A DNA stretch of 64,000 nt from an uncultured Actinomycetes bacterium (GCA_963821935.1 CAWGFM010000002.1:230949-294948); one strand, 5' to 3'; shown: positions 32,172 to 48,234, numbered from the stretch's first letter. Numbers and translations are program-made. Notes: generated by a model not told the origin, from the letters alone.

Positions 32172-33071
32172 ATGCGGAAGCTCGTGGTGGGTCTGGCGGT
32201 GCTGGCGCTGGTCGGTGCAGCGTGTGCGCCCGAAGAGGACACACCCAGCGACGCCGGAACCACAGGTGCTGCGCCCGCCACGGCCAAGGAATGCGCGCAG
32301 TCGCCCGACGCCACCCTGGTCGAAGACGGCACGCTCACGATCGCCACCGGCAACCCTGCGTACGGCCCGTGGTACGGCGGCGAGAGCACCGAGGGCTCGG
32401 AATGGGAATCGAGCGACTTCACCGGCGATCCGTACACCGGCGAAGGCTACGAGAGCGCGTTCGCTTACGAGCTCGCCGAGGAGATGGGATTCGACGACGA
32501 CCAGGTCACGTGGCTGGGCATCCCGTTCGACAAGTCCTTCGCGCCCGGGCCGAAGGACTATGACTTCGCGATGCAGCAGGTCTCCTACTCGGGCAAGCGT
32601 GCGCAAGCGGTCGACTTCAGCGACGGATACTTCGACGTCAATCAGGCCCTCATCGCCAACGAGGGTTCCCCCGCCATCGGGGCGACGACCCTGGCGGACC
32701 TGAAGGACCTCAAGCTCGGCGCGCCCATCGGCACCACGAGCCTGCAGGCGATCGAAGAGTTCGTGCAGCCGACGCAGGAGCCGGGTGTGTACAACGACCT
32801 GGACCTGGCGCTCAAGGACCTCAAGAACGGTCAGCTCGACGGCGTGGTCGTCGACTACCCCACGGCGTTCTACGGATTCGCCGACGTGGTCGTGGGACAG
32901 TTCCCCGCGGTCGGTGGTGAGCAGGAATACTTCGGGCTCACCTTCGAGAAGGGCAACGACCTCGTCGACTGTGTCAACCTTGCTATCAAGGAACTGGAAG
33001 ACGACGGCACCTTGAAGGATCTGCAGGAGAAGTATCTGTCGACCGACGTCGACGTGCCGGTCTTCTCCTGA
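32172..33071 (+). CDS. Polar amino-acid ABC transporter substrate-binding lipoprotein (family 3)
   Basis: ATG at 32172. MRKLVVGLAVLALVGAAC lipobox. Length 299 aa. Confidence 0.85.
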   Translation: MRKLVVGLAVLALVGAACAPEEDTPSDAGTTGAAPATAKECAQSPDATLVEDGTLTIATGNPAYGPWYGGESTEGSEWESSDFTGDPYTGEGYESAFAYELAEEMGFDDDQVTWLGIPFDKSFAPGPKDYDFAMQQVSYSGKRAQAVDFSDGYFDVNQALIANEGSPAIGATTLADLKDLKLGAPIGTTSLQAIEEFVQPTQEPGVYNDLDLALKDLKNGQLDGVVVDYPTAFYGFADVVVGQFPAVGGEQEYFGLTFEKGNDLVDCVNLAIKELEDDGTLKDLQEKYLSTDVDVPVFS

Positions 33072-33105
33072 TCGTCGTTCCAGGCTAGGGAAGCGCGGGT
33101 CGCCG

Positions 33106-34002
33106 GTGTCGTACTCCGGCCCGCCGCAAACCCCGATGATCACACCCGACCCCGACCCTCTGTCGGGGAGCCGCCGCTCCAAGATCCTCGGCGGAGGGGG
33201 CGAGGCCCGCAACGCCTGGGTCGCGGTGCTCAGCACCGTGGTGTTCTTCGGAGTCCTGGCGATCGTGATCGTGAACTCGCCGGGCTGGTCGTCGCAAGCA
33301 GGTGTGCAGGCTCAGTTCTTCAACGGCCAGATCTTCCGGGAGTCCCTGCCCACCATCCTCGACGGCTTCTGGCTCAACGTCCGGATCTTCCTGGTCGCCG
33401 AGGTGCTGGTGCTGATGTTCGCGCTCATCCTGGCTGTGATGCGCAGCCTGCCCGGCCCCGCGTTCGCCCCGATCCGACTCCTCGCCGTCTCGTATTCGAT
33501 CCTGTTCCGCGGAGTCCCGACGATCCTGGTGATCTTCATCCTCGGGTTCGGGATGCCGGCGCTCGAGCTCCAGGGAGTGCCGAACAGCGACGTGTTCTGG
33601 GCGATCGTCGCGCTCACCCTCGTCTACTCGGCCTACGTGGCGGAGGTCTACAAGGCGGGGATCGAGTCGGTGCACCCGAGTCAGACGGCGGCCGCTCGAT
33701 CGCTCGGCCTGAAGCGGAGCCAGGCGATGCGGTTCGTCGTGCTGCCCCAGGCGATCCGGCGGGTCCTGCCACCGCTGCTGAATGACTTCATCGGCCTCCA
33801 GAAGGACTCTGCCCTCATCGGAGCGCTGGGCGTCACGGAGGGCCTGCGTCAGGCGCAGATCTCAGCGGCCGCCGAGTTCAACTTCACGCCGTACGTCTCC
33901 CTGGCCCTGGTCTTCGTCACCTTCACGATCCCGCAGGTCCTGTTCGTGGACTGGTTGATCAAGCGCGACCAACGGCGGCGCCAGTCCGGGGGAGTGGCGT
34001 GA
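33106..34002 (+). CDS. Polar amino-acid ABC transporter permease
   Basis: Signature LFRGVPTILVIFILGFGMP. GTG at 33106 (alternative ATG at 33136). Confidence 0.82.
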   Translation: MSYSGPPQTPMITPDPDPLSGSRRSKILGGGGEARNAWVAVLSTVVFFGVLAIVIVNSPGWSSQAGVQAQFFNGQIFRESLPTILDGFWLNVRIFLVAEVLVLMFALILAVMRSLPGPAFAPIRLLAVSYSILFRGVPTILVIFILGFGMPALELQGVPNSDVFWAIVALTLVYSAYVAEVYKAGIESVHPSQTAAARSLGLKRSQAMRFVVLPQAIRRVLPPLLNDFIGLQKDSALIGALGVTEGLRQAQISAAAEFNFTPYVSLALVFVTFTIPQVLFVDWLIKRDQRRRQSGGVA

Positions 34003-34745
34003 CCGAGTCGCTGCGTGTCGAAGGACTTCACAAGTCGTTCGGCGATCTCGAAGTGTTGCGCGGCATCGACCTCACCGTCGACACGCACGAGGTCGTGGCC
34101 CTGATCGGCGCGTCCGGTTCGGGGAAGTCGACGCTACTGCGCTGCGTGAACCTGCTGGAACCGATCGATGCCGGCACGATCGCGATCGATGGTATCGACG
34201 TGACGGCGCCGGGCGTCGACCGTGATGCGATCCGGCGGCGGGTGGGCATCGTGTTCCAGTCGTTCAACCTGTTCCCGCACATGACGGTGGTGCGCAACAT
34301 CACGCTGGCGCCCACCAGGGTGTTGGGCCTCGGCGCCGCGGAGGCCCACGAGCGTGCCCACGCCCTGCTGGCCCGTTTCGATCTCGATGAGAAGGCGGGG
34401 GAGTACCCCGACCGCCTCTCCGGAGGACAGCAACAGCGGGTGGCCATCGTGCGGGCATTGGCGATGCAGCCCGAGATCATGCTGTTCGACGAAGTGACGA
34501 GCGCGCTCGACCCCGTGCTCGTGGCCGAGGTGCTCGACGTGATCCGCGAACTCGCGGGCGGCGGCATGACCATGGTGATCGCGACCCACGAGATGGGGTT
34601 CGCTCGCGATGTCGCCGGTCAGGTCTGCTTCCTGCACGAGGGCTCGATCCTGGAACGCGGCACGCCCGAGACGATCTTCTCGCGGCCGGAACGTGTCGAG
34701 ACGCAGCGGTTCCTCGATCGGATCATCGCTGCGGGCCGGATGTGA
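33999..34745 (+). CDS. Polar amino-acid ABC transporter ATP-binding protein
   Basis: GTG at 33999 overlaps the permease stop. Walker [27 protein letters not shown]. Confidence 0.88.
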   Translation: MTESLRVEGLHKSFGDLEVLRGIDLTVDTHEVVALIGASGSGKSTLLRCVNLLEPIDAGTIAIDGIDVTAPGVDRDAIRRRVGIVFQSFNLFPHMTVVRNITLAPTRVLGLGAAEAHERAHALLARFDLDEKAGEYPDRLSGGQQQRVAIVRALAMQPEIMLFDEVTSALDPVLVAEVLDVIRELAGGGMTMVIATHEMGFARDVAGQVCFLHEGSILERGTPETIFSRPERVETQRFLDRIIAAGRM

Positions 34746-37700
34746 CCTCGCCGCTCAGGCGATCCAGCTCCTCTCGCCAGGGCCTGGCTCCCAAGGCCTC
34801 GAAGGTGCTGCGGGCATCGGAGAACCAGCGCTGCGTTTCGTCTTCCCTGCCCAGCGCCCGAGCACAACGGCCTGCCCCGAACGAACACTGCGCGGTCTCC
34901 ACCGGGAACCCGAATCGGTCCCATCGCCGCACCGCGTCCTGGAACCGCTCGTACGCCCCGGCAGCGTCGCCCCGCCCCTCGGCGAGTTCGGCCCGGGCCG
35001 TCTGCAGCGACAGGGCCAACCGCTCGGAGCTCGCGGCCCCATCCAGGTCCGAACCCGAGACACCCAGGTCGGGCGCCTCGACCCCGGCCGCCGATACGAG
35101 ACGAGCGACCGTCGGCAGCGCGATGATCCGGTAGATGGGCTGAGACGAGGTTTCGATCAGGAACCGGTCGACCAGTGACAGCGCGCCATCTTGATCGCCT
35201 CGCGCCCAGGCCACCTCCGCTGCCAGGACGTGCGCGGGCGCGCGGTACTCGGGCGTTCCGAGCTGGTCGGCACGGGTCAGCGCCTGCTCGGATGCGGAGG
35301 CCGCGCCTGCATCGTCGCCGCGGCGCAACGCCACCCACCCCTGCAGCGTGGTGGCGACCGTGCCGGGCTGTGACCGACCACCATGATCGGCGTCCCATGC
35401 GCGAACCGTGGCGGCCATCGACAGCACCCGGTCCCATGCCCCGACGTCGAAAAGCGGCTCGAGCATGCCGCTGCGGGCCCAGGCGGACGATGTGGCCAGG
35501 CCCCGTTCCTCGCAGAAGGCCAGCATCTCCTCCCAGGCCTCGAGCGAGGCCCACGCCCCCCGGTGGAACCACAACTCGTACGCATGGTTGTTGTAGGCGA
35601 TCGCCGTCTCCTCGCCCAACCCCCGGTCCCGCCCGATCCGTAGCGCTTCGCGCAGATCCTCCAGCCCGCCGAGATCGCCTAGCTTGCTCCGACTGGCTCC
35701 GCGATACTGCAGGGCCAGCACCCGCTGGGCTGGAAGATCGAGCGACTCCGACAACGCCATGGCCTCGTTCGCCCATCGGATGCATCCCTCATGGTCACCC
35801 ATCACCCAGAGATGTCCCGCCACCCTGGTCGCCGCGTGCGCGAACTCGGGACCTCGGGGCAGCGTCTCGAGCTGTTCCAACGCTTCATGCAGCAAGGGCA
35901 TGACGGGTTCGAGCTGCCCCCGTTCGAACAAACTGCGGGCCAGCAGGACGCGGGCATCGGCGGCGCCCGCGGTGTCGCCGACCGACTCGAACGCCACGAC
36001 CGCTTCACGCAGATCGGTCTCCGCCTCCTGGAAGGCGCCCACGACCTGCGCGGCGACCCCCGCGCCTCGTAAGGCTGTGGGACGCCGGGGGTGGTCCGGC
36101 GGCATCGAACGCAGAGCACGTGCGTAGGAGATGTGCGCCCTCGGCGCATCGAGCCGCGCCGCACGCGCTCCGGCTGCGAGCAAGTGGTCGATCGCCGGTT
36201 CCTGGACGCCGGCGGCCACATCGTTCGCGCCGGCAGCGGTCGCCAGCTCCCACGACTCCGCGTAGTGGAAGGCCAGTCGCTCGTCGCGATCGGCGGCACC
36301 CGGTGACAGCGTGCGGTCGAGCCACGAACCCACGGCCGCATGCTTCCGGGCTCGATCGGCGCGCGGGATCTGTCCGTACGCCACCTCACGCACCAAGACG
36401 TGGCGGAACGAGAACTCCCCCTGATCCTGCACGGAGCTGGCGCGGGCCTGCCGCAGCAGCTGACGGTCGACCAGGGCTTCGAGCTGGAGGGACACCTGAG
36501 ACGTCGGGCGGCCGCCAGCCTCGGCCACCGCGCCGGCCCATACGGTGGAGCCCACCACGGCGGCGTCCTGGACCGTCGCGCGCAGATCGGCGGGCAGTGC
36601 GTCGAGCCTCGACGCAAGCAGCGCATGGATGGTCGGAGGGACCGCCATCGACTCCGGCATGGCCCGGCTCATCAGACCGCCGGCCGGGCCGACGTCCTCG
36701 ATCCGCTCTCGCATCATCCGGATGAACTCCTCCGCGTAGAGGGGATTACCCGCGGCCCGAACGATCACGGCATCCCGCGTATCCACCGCCAGCGGTTGGG
36801 ATCCCAAGAGCGCGCGTACGAGCCGGGTGGTCTCATCACGCGTCAGCGGATTGAGCCGAAGCACCGAGGCGGAGGGACCGATACCCCACCCCGGGTAGCG
36901 TTCCAGCAACTGGGGCCGTGCGGCCACGACCACCAGCAGCGGCACCGGGCGGTCTCGTTCCAAGAGCCGTTCGAGGAAACCCAGCAGCGGATCCACCGCG
37001 TCATGCATGTCCTCGAGGACCAGGACGGTGGGGGCCTCGGCAGCCATCGCTTCCAGGAAGCCCGCCCACGCCGAGAAGGCCTCGTCGAGGGAGACCTCGC
37101 CGAGATCATCGGTTCCCACCAGGAGCGCCGCCAGATGCGACTGGGTCCGTGCGCGTTCCGCCGGATCCACGATGACCCGAGCAAGAACCAGATCGAGCTT
37201 GGAGAGCGCGACCTCCGGCTCGTCGGAGTCGAGCACACCGGCTTCCGCCTTCACGATGTCGGCGAGCGGGCCGAAGGTCGCCACCTGCCCGTACGCCGAC
37301 GGCCGCCCCACGCGCCATCGGATCAGATCGGGGAGGGCCTCGGTGTAGCGGGACAGCTCCGCGATCAGCCTGCTCTTGCCCAGTCCCGCTTCCCCGATGA
37401 TCGACACCATCTGCAGGAGCCCGTCGGTCCGGGTCCCTTCGAAGGAGCGACGGAGGTCATCAAGCTCGCCCTCGCGCCCGGTGAACGGCGCGCCGAGCGG
37501 ATCGGGAGGCTCCACGCCGACGCGGGCCAGCGGCTCGATCGGCCGCCAGATGCGCACCGGGTCGGCTTTGCCCTTCACCGTGATCGACGCCATCTCCTGC
37601 CAGCGGAATTGCGACCGCGTGCCGAGGAACGTGCTCTCCGCGACGACGATCGAGTCGGGCATCGCGGTGGTCTGCAGCCGCGAGGCGACGTTCACGACGT

Positions 37701-38172
37701 CGCCGGTCACGCGCTCGCCCACACGAGGACCATCCCCGACCGACACCACGGCCTCGCCGGTGGCGATGCCGATCCGCACGCCGAGTTCGCGAGCTGGGTC
37801 GGCCGGGTCCTGCTCGCGCACGTGTTGCAGGATGCTCAGACCGGCCCGGAGCGCCCGCTCGGCGTCGTCCTCGTGGGTCGTGGGCGCGCCGAAGACCCCG
37901 AACACCACGTCGCCGGCGAACTTGTCCACCGTGCCGCCGAAGCTCTCGATCTCACGCCGGAGCTGCTCGTGGAACGAGCGCAGCGCGGCGCCGATGTCCT
38001 CGGGGTCGGCGTGCTCGAACCTGGCGGCGAACCCGGCGATGTCGGCGAACAGCACGGTGACGAGCCGCCGTTCCTGCCCGACCGTGGGTCTGGCGTCGAG
38101 CGGGGTACCGCACGCCATGCAGAACCGTGACCGCTCCGGGTTCTCCGTGCCGCAGTTGGGGCAGGTGCGCAC
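34723..38172 (-). CDS. Multidomain signalling protein: N-terminal zinc ribbon, class III adenylate/guanylate cyclase domain, AAA-type NTPase and TPR repeats (STAND-like)
   Basis: [22 protein letters not shown] is the zinc ribbon. [18 protein letters not shown]...[13 protein letters not shown]...VNVASRLQ is the cyclase homology domain. The P-loop is [10 protein letters not shown]. The C-terminal half is TPR-like. 1149 aa. No LuxR helix-turn-helix is present at the C-terminus. Confidence 0.85.
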   Translation of the reverse strand: MRTCPNCGTENPERSRFCMACGTPLDARPTVGQERRLVTVLFADIAGFAARFEHADPEDIGAALRSFHEQLRREIESFGGTVDKFAGDVVFGVFGAPTTHEDDAERALRAGLSILQHVREQDPADPARELGVRIGIATGEAVVSVGDGPRVGERVTGDVVNVASRLQTTAMPDSIVVAESTFLGTRSQFRWQEMASITVKGKADPVRIWRPIEPLARVGVEPPDPLGAPFTGREGELDDLRRSFEGTRTDGLLQMVSIIGEAGLGKSRLIAELSRYTEALPDLIRWRVGRPSAYGQVATFGPLADIVKAEAGVLDSDEPEVALSKLDLVLARVIVDPAERARTQSHLAALLVGTDDLGEVSLDEAFSAWAGFLEAMAAEAPTVLVLEDMHDAVDPLLGFLERLLERDRPVPLLVVVAARPQLLERYPGWGIGPSASVLRLNPLTRDETTRLVRALLGSQPLAVDTRDAVIVRAAGNPLYAEEFIRMMRERIEDVGPAGGLMSRAMPESMAVPPTIHALLASRLDALPADLRATVQDAAVVGSTVWAGAVAEAGGRPTSQVSLQLEALVDRQLLRQARASSVQDQGEFSFRHVLVREVAYGQIPRADRARKHAAVGSWLDRTLSPGAADRDERLAFHYAESWELATAAGANDVAAGVQEPAIDHLLAAGARAARLDAPRAHISYARALRSMPPDHPRRPTALRGAGVAAQVVGAFQEAETDLREAVVAFESVGDTAGAADARVLLARSLFERGQLEPVMPLLHEALEQLETLPRGPEFAHAATRVAGHLWVMGDHEGCIRWANEAMALSESLDLPAQRVLALQYRGASRSKLGDLGGLEDLREALRIGRDRGLGEETAIAYNNHAYELWFHRGAWASLEAWEEMLAFCEERGLATSSAWARSGMLEPLFDVGAWDRVLSMAATVRAWDADHGGRSQPGTVATTLQGWVALRRGDDAGAASASEQALTRADQLGTPEYRAPAHVLAAEVAWARGDQDGALSLVDRFLIETSSQPIYRIIALPTVARLVSAAGVEAPDLGVSGSDLDGAASSERLALSLQTARAELAEGRGDAAGAYERFQDAVRRWDRFGFPVETAQCSFGAGRCARALGREDETQRWFSDARSTFEALGARPWREELDRLSGEVTSGPQR

Positions 38173-38252
38173 ACCGGAAGTCTACGGTCGACGGATCGGG
38201 GGGTTGCGTCCCGCGAGCGGTCGTGTCCCCCTGCCGCCATAGACTGGTCGCG

Positions 38253-40281
<2,029 letters not shown>

Positions 40282-40290
40282 CCTCGCCCC

Positions 40291-41337
40291 ATGCCATCGC
40301 TGGCGATCGCCGCACCCATGGCCTGGCTGGGGCCGGGGCGCATCGCTTCCGACGTCGTCGTGATCTGTCGCGGCGACACGATCGAACGGGTCGAGACCGG
40401 CTGGACCGACCCCGGTTCGATCGCCGACGGCACGATCGACACCGTGGCGGTCGACGGGTTCCTCACGCCTGCGGGCGCTGACCGTCACGTGCACGTCGAA
40501 CTGGGCGATCCGGTCGCCCTGGTGCGCCGGGGCATCACCGCGGTCCGCGACCTGGGCTGGCCCGCCGATCGCATCTTCCCGCTGGCGGAGATCTCCGAGG
40601 CACCAGGCTTCGACGGCCCCCTGATCCGGGCTGCGGGTCCCATGTTGACGGCGCCCGGTGGCTACCCGATGCACGCGGAGTGGGCGCCTGCGGGGACGGG
40701 GTCGGAGATCGACGACGCCGGCGCGGCCGCCTCGACGGTGGAAGAGCTCGCCGACCTGGGTGCCGCAGCGATCAAGGTCTCGCTCAACGCAGAGGCCGGG
40801 CCGGCGCTCGACGATGCGGTCCTGGCGGCCGTCTGCGACGCGGCACACACGCGCGAGCTCCAGGTGACAGCTCACGCCCAGGGGACCGGCGAGGTGGCCC
40901 GTGCGCTGGGTGCCGGCGTCGATGAACTGGCGCATACACCCTGGACCGAACGGCTCTCCGACGATCTCATCGAGATGGCCGCCGCCCGGATGCGATGGGT
41001 CTCTACCCTCGATATCCATGCCTTCGGTGGCGAGTCACCGGCGCTCACGACCGCCGTCGACAACCTGGCTCGGTTCCATCGAGCCGGCGGCACGGTGGCC
41101 TACGGCACCGACCTGGGCAACGGACCGATCCCGTCCGGCATCCACACCCGCGAGCTGCAGTTGATGCACGACGCCGGCATGGGCACCGAGGAGGTGCTCG
41201 ACGCGTTGGTGCGAGCCCCGATCGAACCCGGGGCTCCCGCCGATCTCCTGGTGCTCGGCGACAGCCCGCTCGGCGACCCGACGGCCTTCGACGACATCCG
41301 AGTGGTGGTGAAGGCCGGCCGCATCGTCCCGCGCTAG
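40291..41337 (+). CDS. Amidohydrolase-family metal-dependent hydrolase
   Basis: HVHVELGD metal-binding motif. 348 aa. DELAHTPW and GTDLGNG match the conserved C-terminal amidohydrolase blocks. Confidence 0.65.
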   Translation: MPSLAIAAPMAWLGPGRIASDVVVICRGDTIERVETGWTDPGSIADGTIDTVAVDGFLTPAGADRHVHVELGDPVALVRRGITAVRDLGWPADRIFPLAEISEAPGFDGPLIRAAGPMLTAPGGYPMHAEWAPAGTGSEIDDAGAAASTVEELADLGAAAIKVSLNAEAGPALDDAVLAAVCDAAHTRELQVTAHAQGTGEVARALGAGVDELAHTPWTERLSDDLIEMAAARMRWVSTLDIHAFGGESPALTTAVDNLARFHRAGGTVAYGTDLGNGPIPSGIHTRELQLMHDAGMGTEEVLDALVRAPIEPGAPADLLVLGDSPLGDPTAFDDIRVVVKAGRIVPR

Positions 41338-41741
41338 GCGGGTCCGTCGGGCCGACCCGCCTCCTGGGCGCGATCGATCGCGGCGACCAACCCGTCGACG
41401 TCGGCCACGGTCACCGTGAGACCGGGGTGGTGCACGAAGCCGAACGTCTCCCTGCCGGGAACCGGTTCATGGAACCTCATGCACACACCGCGTTCGGTGT
41501 TCGAGCCGAACGAGAGGCCCCGGTCCACCAAGGAGATATGGGGGCCGATCGCGCGGTGGGCCCGGTAGGGGCCGGACACCTCGGTGCCCTCGATGTTGGC
41601 GACGGGCGTTCGCAGCCGCCACGGCCCGAAGTGCGCCTCCAGCCATCCTCGATCGAGCGAGACCCACGACCGGCTCGGTGTGATCGCCAGCAGCGACAAG
41701 AGGCGCCGGTATCTCGGGTCGAACGCGAAGGGGAACCTCAT
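41334..41741 (-). CDS. Hypothetical protein (135 aa), last gene of a minus-strand four-gene operon
   Basis: The ORF is confined by its neighbours. Its stop overlaps the convergent amidohydrolase stop. Its start lies 16 nt after the aminotransferase stop. No motif was recognised. Confidence 0.5.
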   Translation of the reverse strand: MRFPFAFDPRYRRLLSLLAITPSRSWVSLDRGWLEAHFGPWRLRTPVANIEGTEVSGPYRAHRAIGPHISLVDRGLSFGSNTERGVCMRFHEPVPGRETFGFVHHPGLTVTVADVDGLVAAIDRAQEAGRPDGPA

Positions 41742-41756
41742 CGTCGCCGGGCTCGC

Positions 41757-42950
41757 TCACCGGTGTCGTCCCGCGTGTTCGCCGACACCCATCGACGTGA
41801 GCTGCTCGAAGCAGCGATCGATGTCCTCTTCGGTGTTGAAGAAGTGTGGGCTGATCCGAAGGCCGTTCCCGCGGAAGTCGGTACAGACGTCGCGGGCCAA
41901 GAGGTCGTGGCAGATCTCGCCGGCGCGCTCGCCGACGCCCACGTTGACGACGCCGCCTCGGACGTCACGGTCGCGTGGCGTGCGGACGTCCAACCCGGCC
42001 TCGTCGGCCCGGGCGACGACGTGGTCGGTCAGCTCTCCCAGGCGTGCCCGGATCCGTTCCACCCCGACCTCGTTGATGATGTCGATGCCACCCTGAGCCA
42101 GGAAGAACACCGGCGCGGGCGGGGTGCCGTGCTCGAGACGCCGCGCGGTGGGATGACGATCCAGGTGCTGGGTGTCGAACGAGAACGGCTCTCGCGTCGC
42201 GAACCATCCGGTCACCGTGGGCTCGAGCGACCCGATCAGGTCGCGGCGAGCGTAGAGCCACACCATGCCAGGCCCTCCCAGCATCCACTTCAGCGATCCG
42301 GCCGTGTACAGATCGCACCCCAGGTCGTGCAGGTCCAGCGGGACGATGCCCAGGCCGTGGTAGTCATCCACGAACGACAGCGCTCCTCGTTCGCGTGCCA
42401 TCCCGCAGATCGCCTTCGCGTCGACCAGCGCGCTCGAGCGGTACAGCACCCGGTTCACCATGACCAGGGCGGTGCGCTCGTCGATCGCCTCGTCGAAGGT
42501 CTCCACGGGGATCGTGAGTCCGTCGGCGCTGGAGAGCCAGACGACCTCGGCTCCGGTCTTGGCGGCCCACGCCAGCCACACGTGTCCGTCGGTGGGGAAG
42601 TCGAGCTCCGACAGGATCACCCGGTTCCGGCCGTTGGATGGATCGAGGCACGATGCGATCGTGGCCAGGGCGATCGAGATGTTGGTGGTGAGCGCAACCT
42701 CGTCGGTGTCACACCCCGCCAGCGTCGCGAACGATCGCTTGAGGGTGGCCATGCGGGGGAAGATGTCCTCCAGCCAGACATGATCGGGCGCGCCCTTGGT
42801 CGCCCAGGCGTCCATGTACTGGGCCAGGTAACGCTGGGACCGCTCCGAGACAGGCCCGAGCGACGCGCTGATCAGGTAGGTCTTGCGCGCCAGCACGGGG
42901 AACTCGTCACGGTAGTCCAGCAGGTCGCGCGGGACGATGCCGTCGCCCAC
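41757..42950 (-). CDS. Class V aminotransferase-fold PLP-dependent enzyme (cysteine desulfurase/kynureninase-like superfamily)
   Basis: 397 aa. The general fold signature appears in ...LYTAGSLKWMLGGPGMVWLY..., with SLK as a probable PLP lysine. Confidence 0.7.
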   Translation of the reverse strand: MGDGIVPRDLLDYRDEFPVLARKTYLISASLGPVSERSQRYLAQYMDAWATKGAPDHVWLEDIFPRMATLKRSFATLAGCDTDEVALTTNISIALATIASCLDPSNGRNRVILSELDFPTDGHVWLAWAAKTGAEVVWLSSADGLTIPVETFDEAIDERTALVMVNRVLYRSSALVDAKAICGMARERGALSFVDDYHGLGIVPLDLHDLGCDLYTAGSLKWMLGGPGMVWLYARRDLIGSLEPTVTGWFATREPFSFDTQHLDRHPTARRLEHGTPPAPVFFLAQGGIDIINEVGVERIRARLGELTDHVVARADEAGLDVRTPRDRDVRGGVVNVGVGERAGEICHDLLARDVCTDFRGNGLRISPHFFNTEEDIDRCFEQLTSMGVGEHAGRHR

Positions 42951-42952
42951 CG

Positions 42953-43294
42953 CTAGATGTCGGAGTCCGGGGTGCCGTCGAACTCGGCTTCGATCCTGGC
43001 GGCCTTGTCGGCGGACTCGGGATGCTTCATCAGGTAGTCGATGTACATCGGTCGCAACGCCTCGCCCAGGTCGCCCCGCCCCGAGTCGTAGAGCAGGTCG
43101 TTGAGCATGGCCGTGGGCCGCATGATGTCGATCTTGCTGCGCTGGTCGTCGTCGGCGATCTCCTCGGCGACCGGGAGGGCCTTGATGAGGTCCCAGACGA
43201 AGGCGACGCCGTCGATCCGGCGCTTCGCGACATCCAGCGCCAGATCGTGCAACTGCTGCGTGGGCATGGCATCGAGCTCTTCCCGGGTGGTCAT
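42953..43294 (-). CDS. Hypothetical protein (113 aa)
   Basis: The ORF fills the gap exactly between the peptidase stop (43299) and the aminotransferase start (42950). It is acidic. No recognised motif. Confidence 0.5.
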   Translation of the reverse strand: MTTREELDAMPTQQLHDLALDVAKRRIDGVAFVWDLIKALPVAEEIADDDQRSKIDIMRPTAMLNDLLYDSGRGDLGEALRPMYIDYLMKHPESADKAARIEAEFDGTPDSDI

Positions 43295-43298
43295 GTGC

Positions 43299-45293
43299 TC
43301 AGGGTAACGTCTCGCCGGTGGCTGGCGGAATGAACCGCTCGAACCAGGCCACCATGCGGGCGGCCTGATCGATGACGGCGGGCAGGTTGCGCACCCCGTG
43401 GCCCTCCTGTGGATACGTCACCACCTCCGTCGGCACGCCATGCTCCCGGAGGGCTCGATAGAACTCCACCGCCTGACCGACGGGCGTCGCGCGGTCGTGT
43501 AATCCGGCGGTGAGCAGCACGGGGGTGCTGCAGCTCGCGGCCTGCAGCACCGGACTGCGCTTCGTGTACTCCTCGGGCACCTCGTCCGGCTGGCCACCCA
43601 GGAAATCACCGACCCACGCGCCCAGGGTGCTGTCGAAACGCTCGGACCACCAGTCGCTGACGGGGGAGATGGCGACCGACGCTCGGAAGCGGTGGTCCTG
43701 GGTGGGGATCCAGGTCGCCATGAACCCTCCGTAGCTGCCGCCGGCCAGCACCAGCCGGTCCGGATCGGCGACGCCGGACGCCACCACCGCGTCCACGCCC
43801 GCGAGGTCGTCGTCCATGTCCATGCCGCCCATGTCACCCACGACGCCCATGGCGAAGGCTCGCCCGCGGCCGGTCGAGCCCCGAGGATCCGGCTGCAGGA
43901 TGGCGAACCCTCGCGAGAGCAGGAGTCCGACCAGCCCGCCGGGCAGGTGATCGCTGGTCGCCCCGATCGGGCCGCCATGCACGAGCAGCAGCAGGGGGAA
44001 GGGCGCCTCGCCCCGCGAGGGCACCGTGAGCTGACCTTCGATCTCCAGATCGTCCGAGGTACGCCATCGCACGACGTCGCGGCGACCGATCGTGGCCATG
44101 AGCACGGTGTGCCCGTCGTGGCCGAGGTCGGCGATCATCCGTTCGTTCCCATCCTCGACGGCGATCACGGCCGGAGGACGCCGATGCGAGGACACCACCG
44201 CGACGAACGCCTCGCCGAAGGGTTCACCCGTCGGGTGGAACCAGCCACCAACGCCGTCGGTGGTCGACCATGTCTCGGTGACGGCGCCGGTCCCTGCATC
44301 GATCTCCAGCGCGACCGCCGACATGCCCCGGCGTCCGAACACCAGCAGGCGATCGGCATCACGCCAGCGCGCTTTGGTGACGTCGACATCCGGGGTTTCG
44401 AGATGCGTGCTGGCGCCGCTCTCGACGTCGATCATCATGAGGTCGCCTGCCACCACCAACCGGTCGCTGCAGATGGCCTCGATCACGGCGACGCGTGCGC
44501 CGTCGGGGGAGCCTTCCGCCCAGCCGAGTTGCACGTCGCTGTCCAGCAGCCGCCGCTCCTCACCGGTGCCCACGTCGAACAGGGAGACGCCGGCTCCGTA
44601 CCACGCGTCCTCGCCGGGGCCGTCGGAGGTCACCGCCACCGCGTGGTCCGGGCCGCACCACGATGCCTCCCACACGTTGCGGTCCAGGGCCGAAACTCGA
44701 CGCGTGTCACCGGTCGTCACGTCGATCGTCCACAGGGATCGACGCTCCGCGTCGCCGTCGTCGGAGGATTCCACCTGGGGAACCCATGGCGGGAGCGCGT
44801 GCTCACCGCCCAGCGTGCCGGAACCGAGCGCGTCGGCCTGCTCGGCGGCGTCGCCCGCGACCCCCGCCAGGATCGAGGAACCGTCCGGGGACCATGCGTG
44901 CCACTCGACGGTGCCCGGCAGCGTCGCCAACAGCCGGGCTTCGGCCGGCGCATCGGTGCCGAGCAGGTAGATCTGGTGCACCCCGGCGACCGCGCGATCC
45001 GATCGGAAGCTCAGCGTCGTCCCGGCCGGGGACCAGCGGGGTTCCGCGTCGTCGTTCGGCCCGTCAGTGATCTGCCGCCACGTGCCCTGGTCGGCCTCCG
45101 CCAGGCAGATCCGCCCCTGTTCATGACCTTCCAGTCGGTCCAGTCGCTCCCCGTGGAAGGCGATCCATCGGCCGTCGGAGGACGCGACGGCACCCGTCGC
45201 CGACGACACACGGCCGAAGCCGGGCTCCAGCACCGAGCGGTAGAAGTCCTCGGTCTCCCGGAAGAGAGGGGTCTCGCGAAGATCCCGATCCAT
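43299..45293 (-). CDS. S9-family serine peptidase (prolyl oligopeptidase/acylaminoacyl-peptidase type) with an N-terminal beta-propeller
   Basis: 664 aa. Nucleophile motif GGSYGGFM. The C-terminal alpha/beta-hydrolase region contains ...LLTAGLHDRATP... and the catalytic His near QEGHG. Confidence 0.85.
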   Translation of the reverse strand: MDRDLRETPLFRETEDFYRSVLEPGFGRVSSATGAVASSDGRWIAFHGERLDRLEGHEQGRICLAEADQGTWRQITDGPNDDAEPRWSPAGTTLSFRSDRAVAGVHQIYLLGTDAPAEARLLATLPGTVEWHAWSPDGSSILAGVAGDAAEQADALGSGTLGGEHALPPWVPQVESSDDGDAERRSLWTIDVTTGDTRRVSALDRNVWEASWCGPDHAVAVTSDGPGEDAWYGAGVSLFDVGTGEERRLLDSDVQLGWAEGSPDGARVAVIEAICSDRLVVAGDLMMIDVESGASTHLETPDVDVTKARWRDADRLLVFGRRGMSAVALEIDAGTGAVTETWSTTDGVGGWFHPTGEPFGEAFVAVVSSHRRPPAVIAVEDGNERMIADLGHDGHTVLMATIGRRDVVRWRTSDDLEIEGQLTVPSRGEAPFPLLLLVHGGPIGATSDHLPGGLVGLLLSRGFAILQPDPRGSTGRGRAFAMGVVGDMGGMDMDDDLAGVDAVVASGVADPDRLVLAGGSYGGFMATWIPTQDHRFRASVAISPVSDWWSERFDSTLGAWVGDFLGGQPDEVPEEYTKRSPVLQAASCSTPVLLTAGLHDRATPVGQAVEFYRALREHGVPTEVVTYPQEGHGVRNLPAVIDQAARMVAWFERFIPPATGETLP

Positions 45294-45348
45294 CCGCGGA
45301 GGATAGGGCCACTGGCATGTCGGCGCTCGCCTCTACACTGGCTGCCGT

Positions 45349-48230
<2,882 letters not shown>

Positions 48231-48234
<4 letters not shown>

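Noticed and set aside
31773-33236. 487-aa minus-strand ORF
   Set aside because: It is antisense to ABC-2 permease, binding-protein and permease genes that are each independently supported.
34619-35785. 388-aa minus-strand ORF and 36340..38130 596-aa plus-strand ORF
   Set aside because: Both are alternative or antisense frames of the 1149-aa cyclase-AAA-TPR gene, with Arg/Gly-rich noise.
40995-42956. 653-aa plus-strand ORF
   Set aside because: It is antisense to the hypothetical and class V aminotransferase genes on the minus strand, with no motifs. The minus-strand genes have coherent operon spacing.
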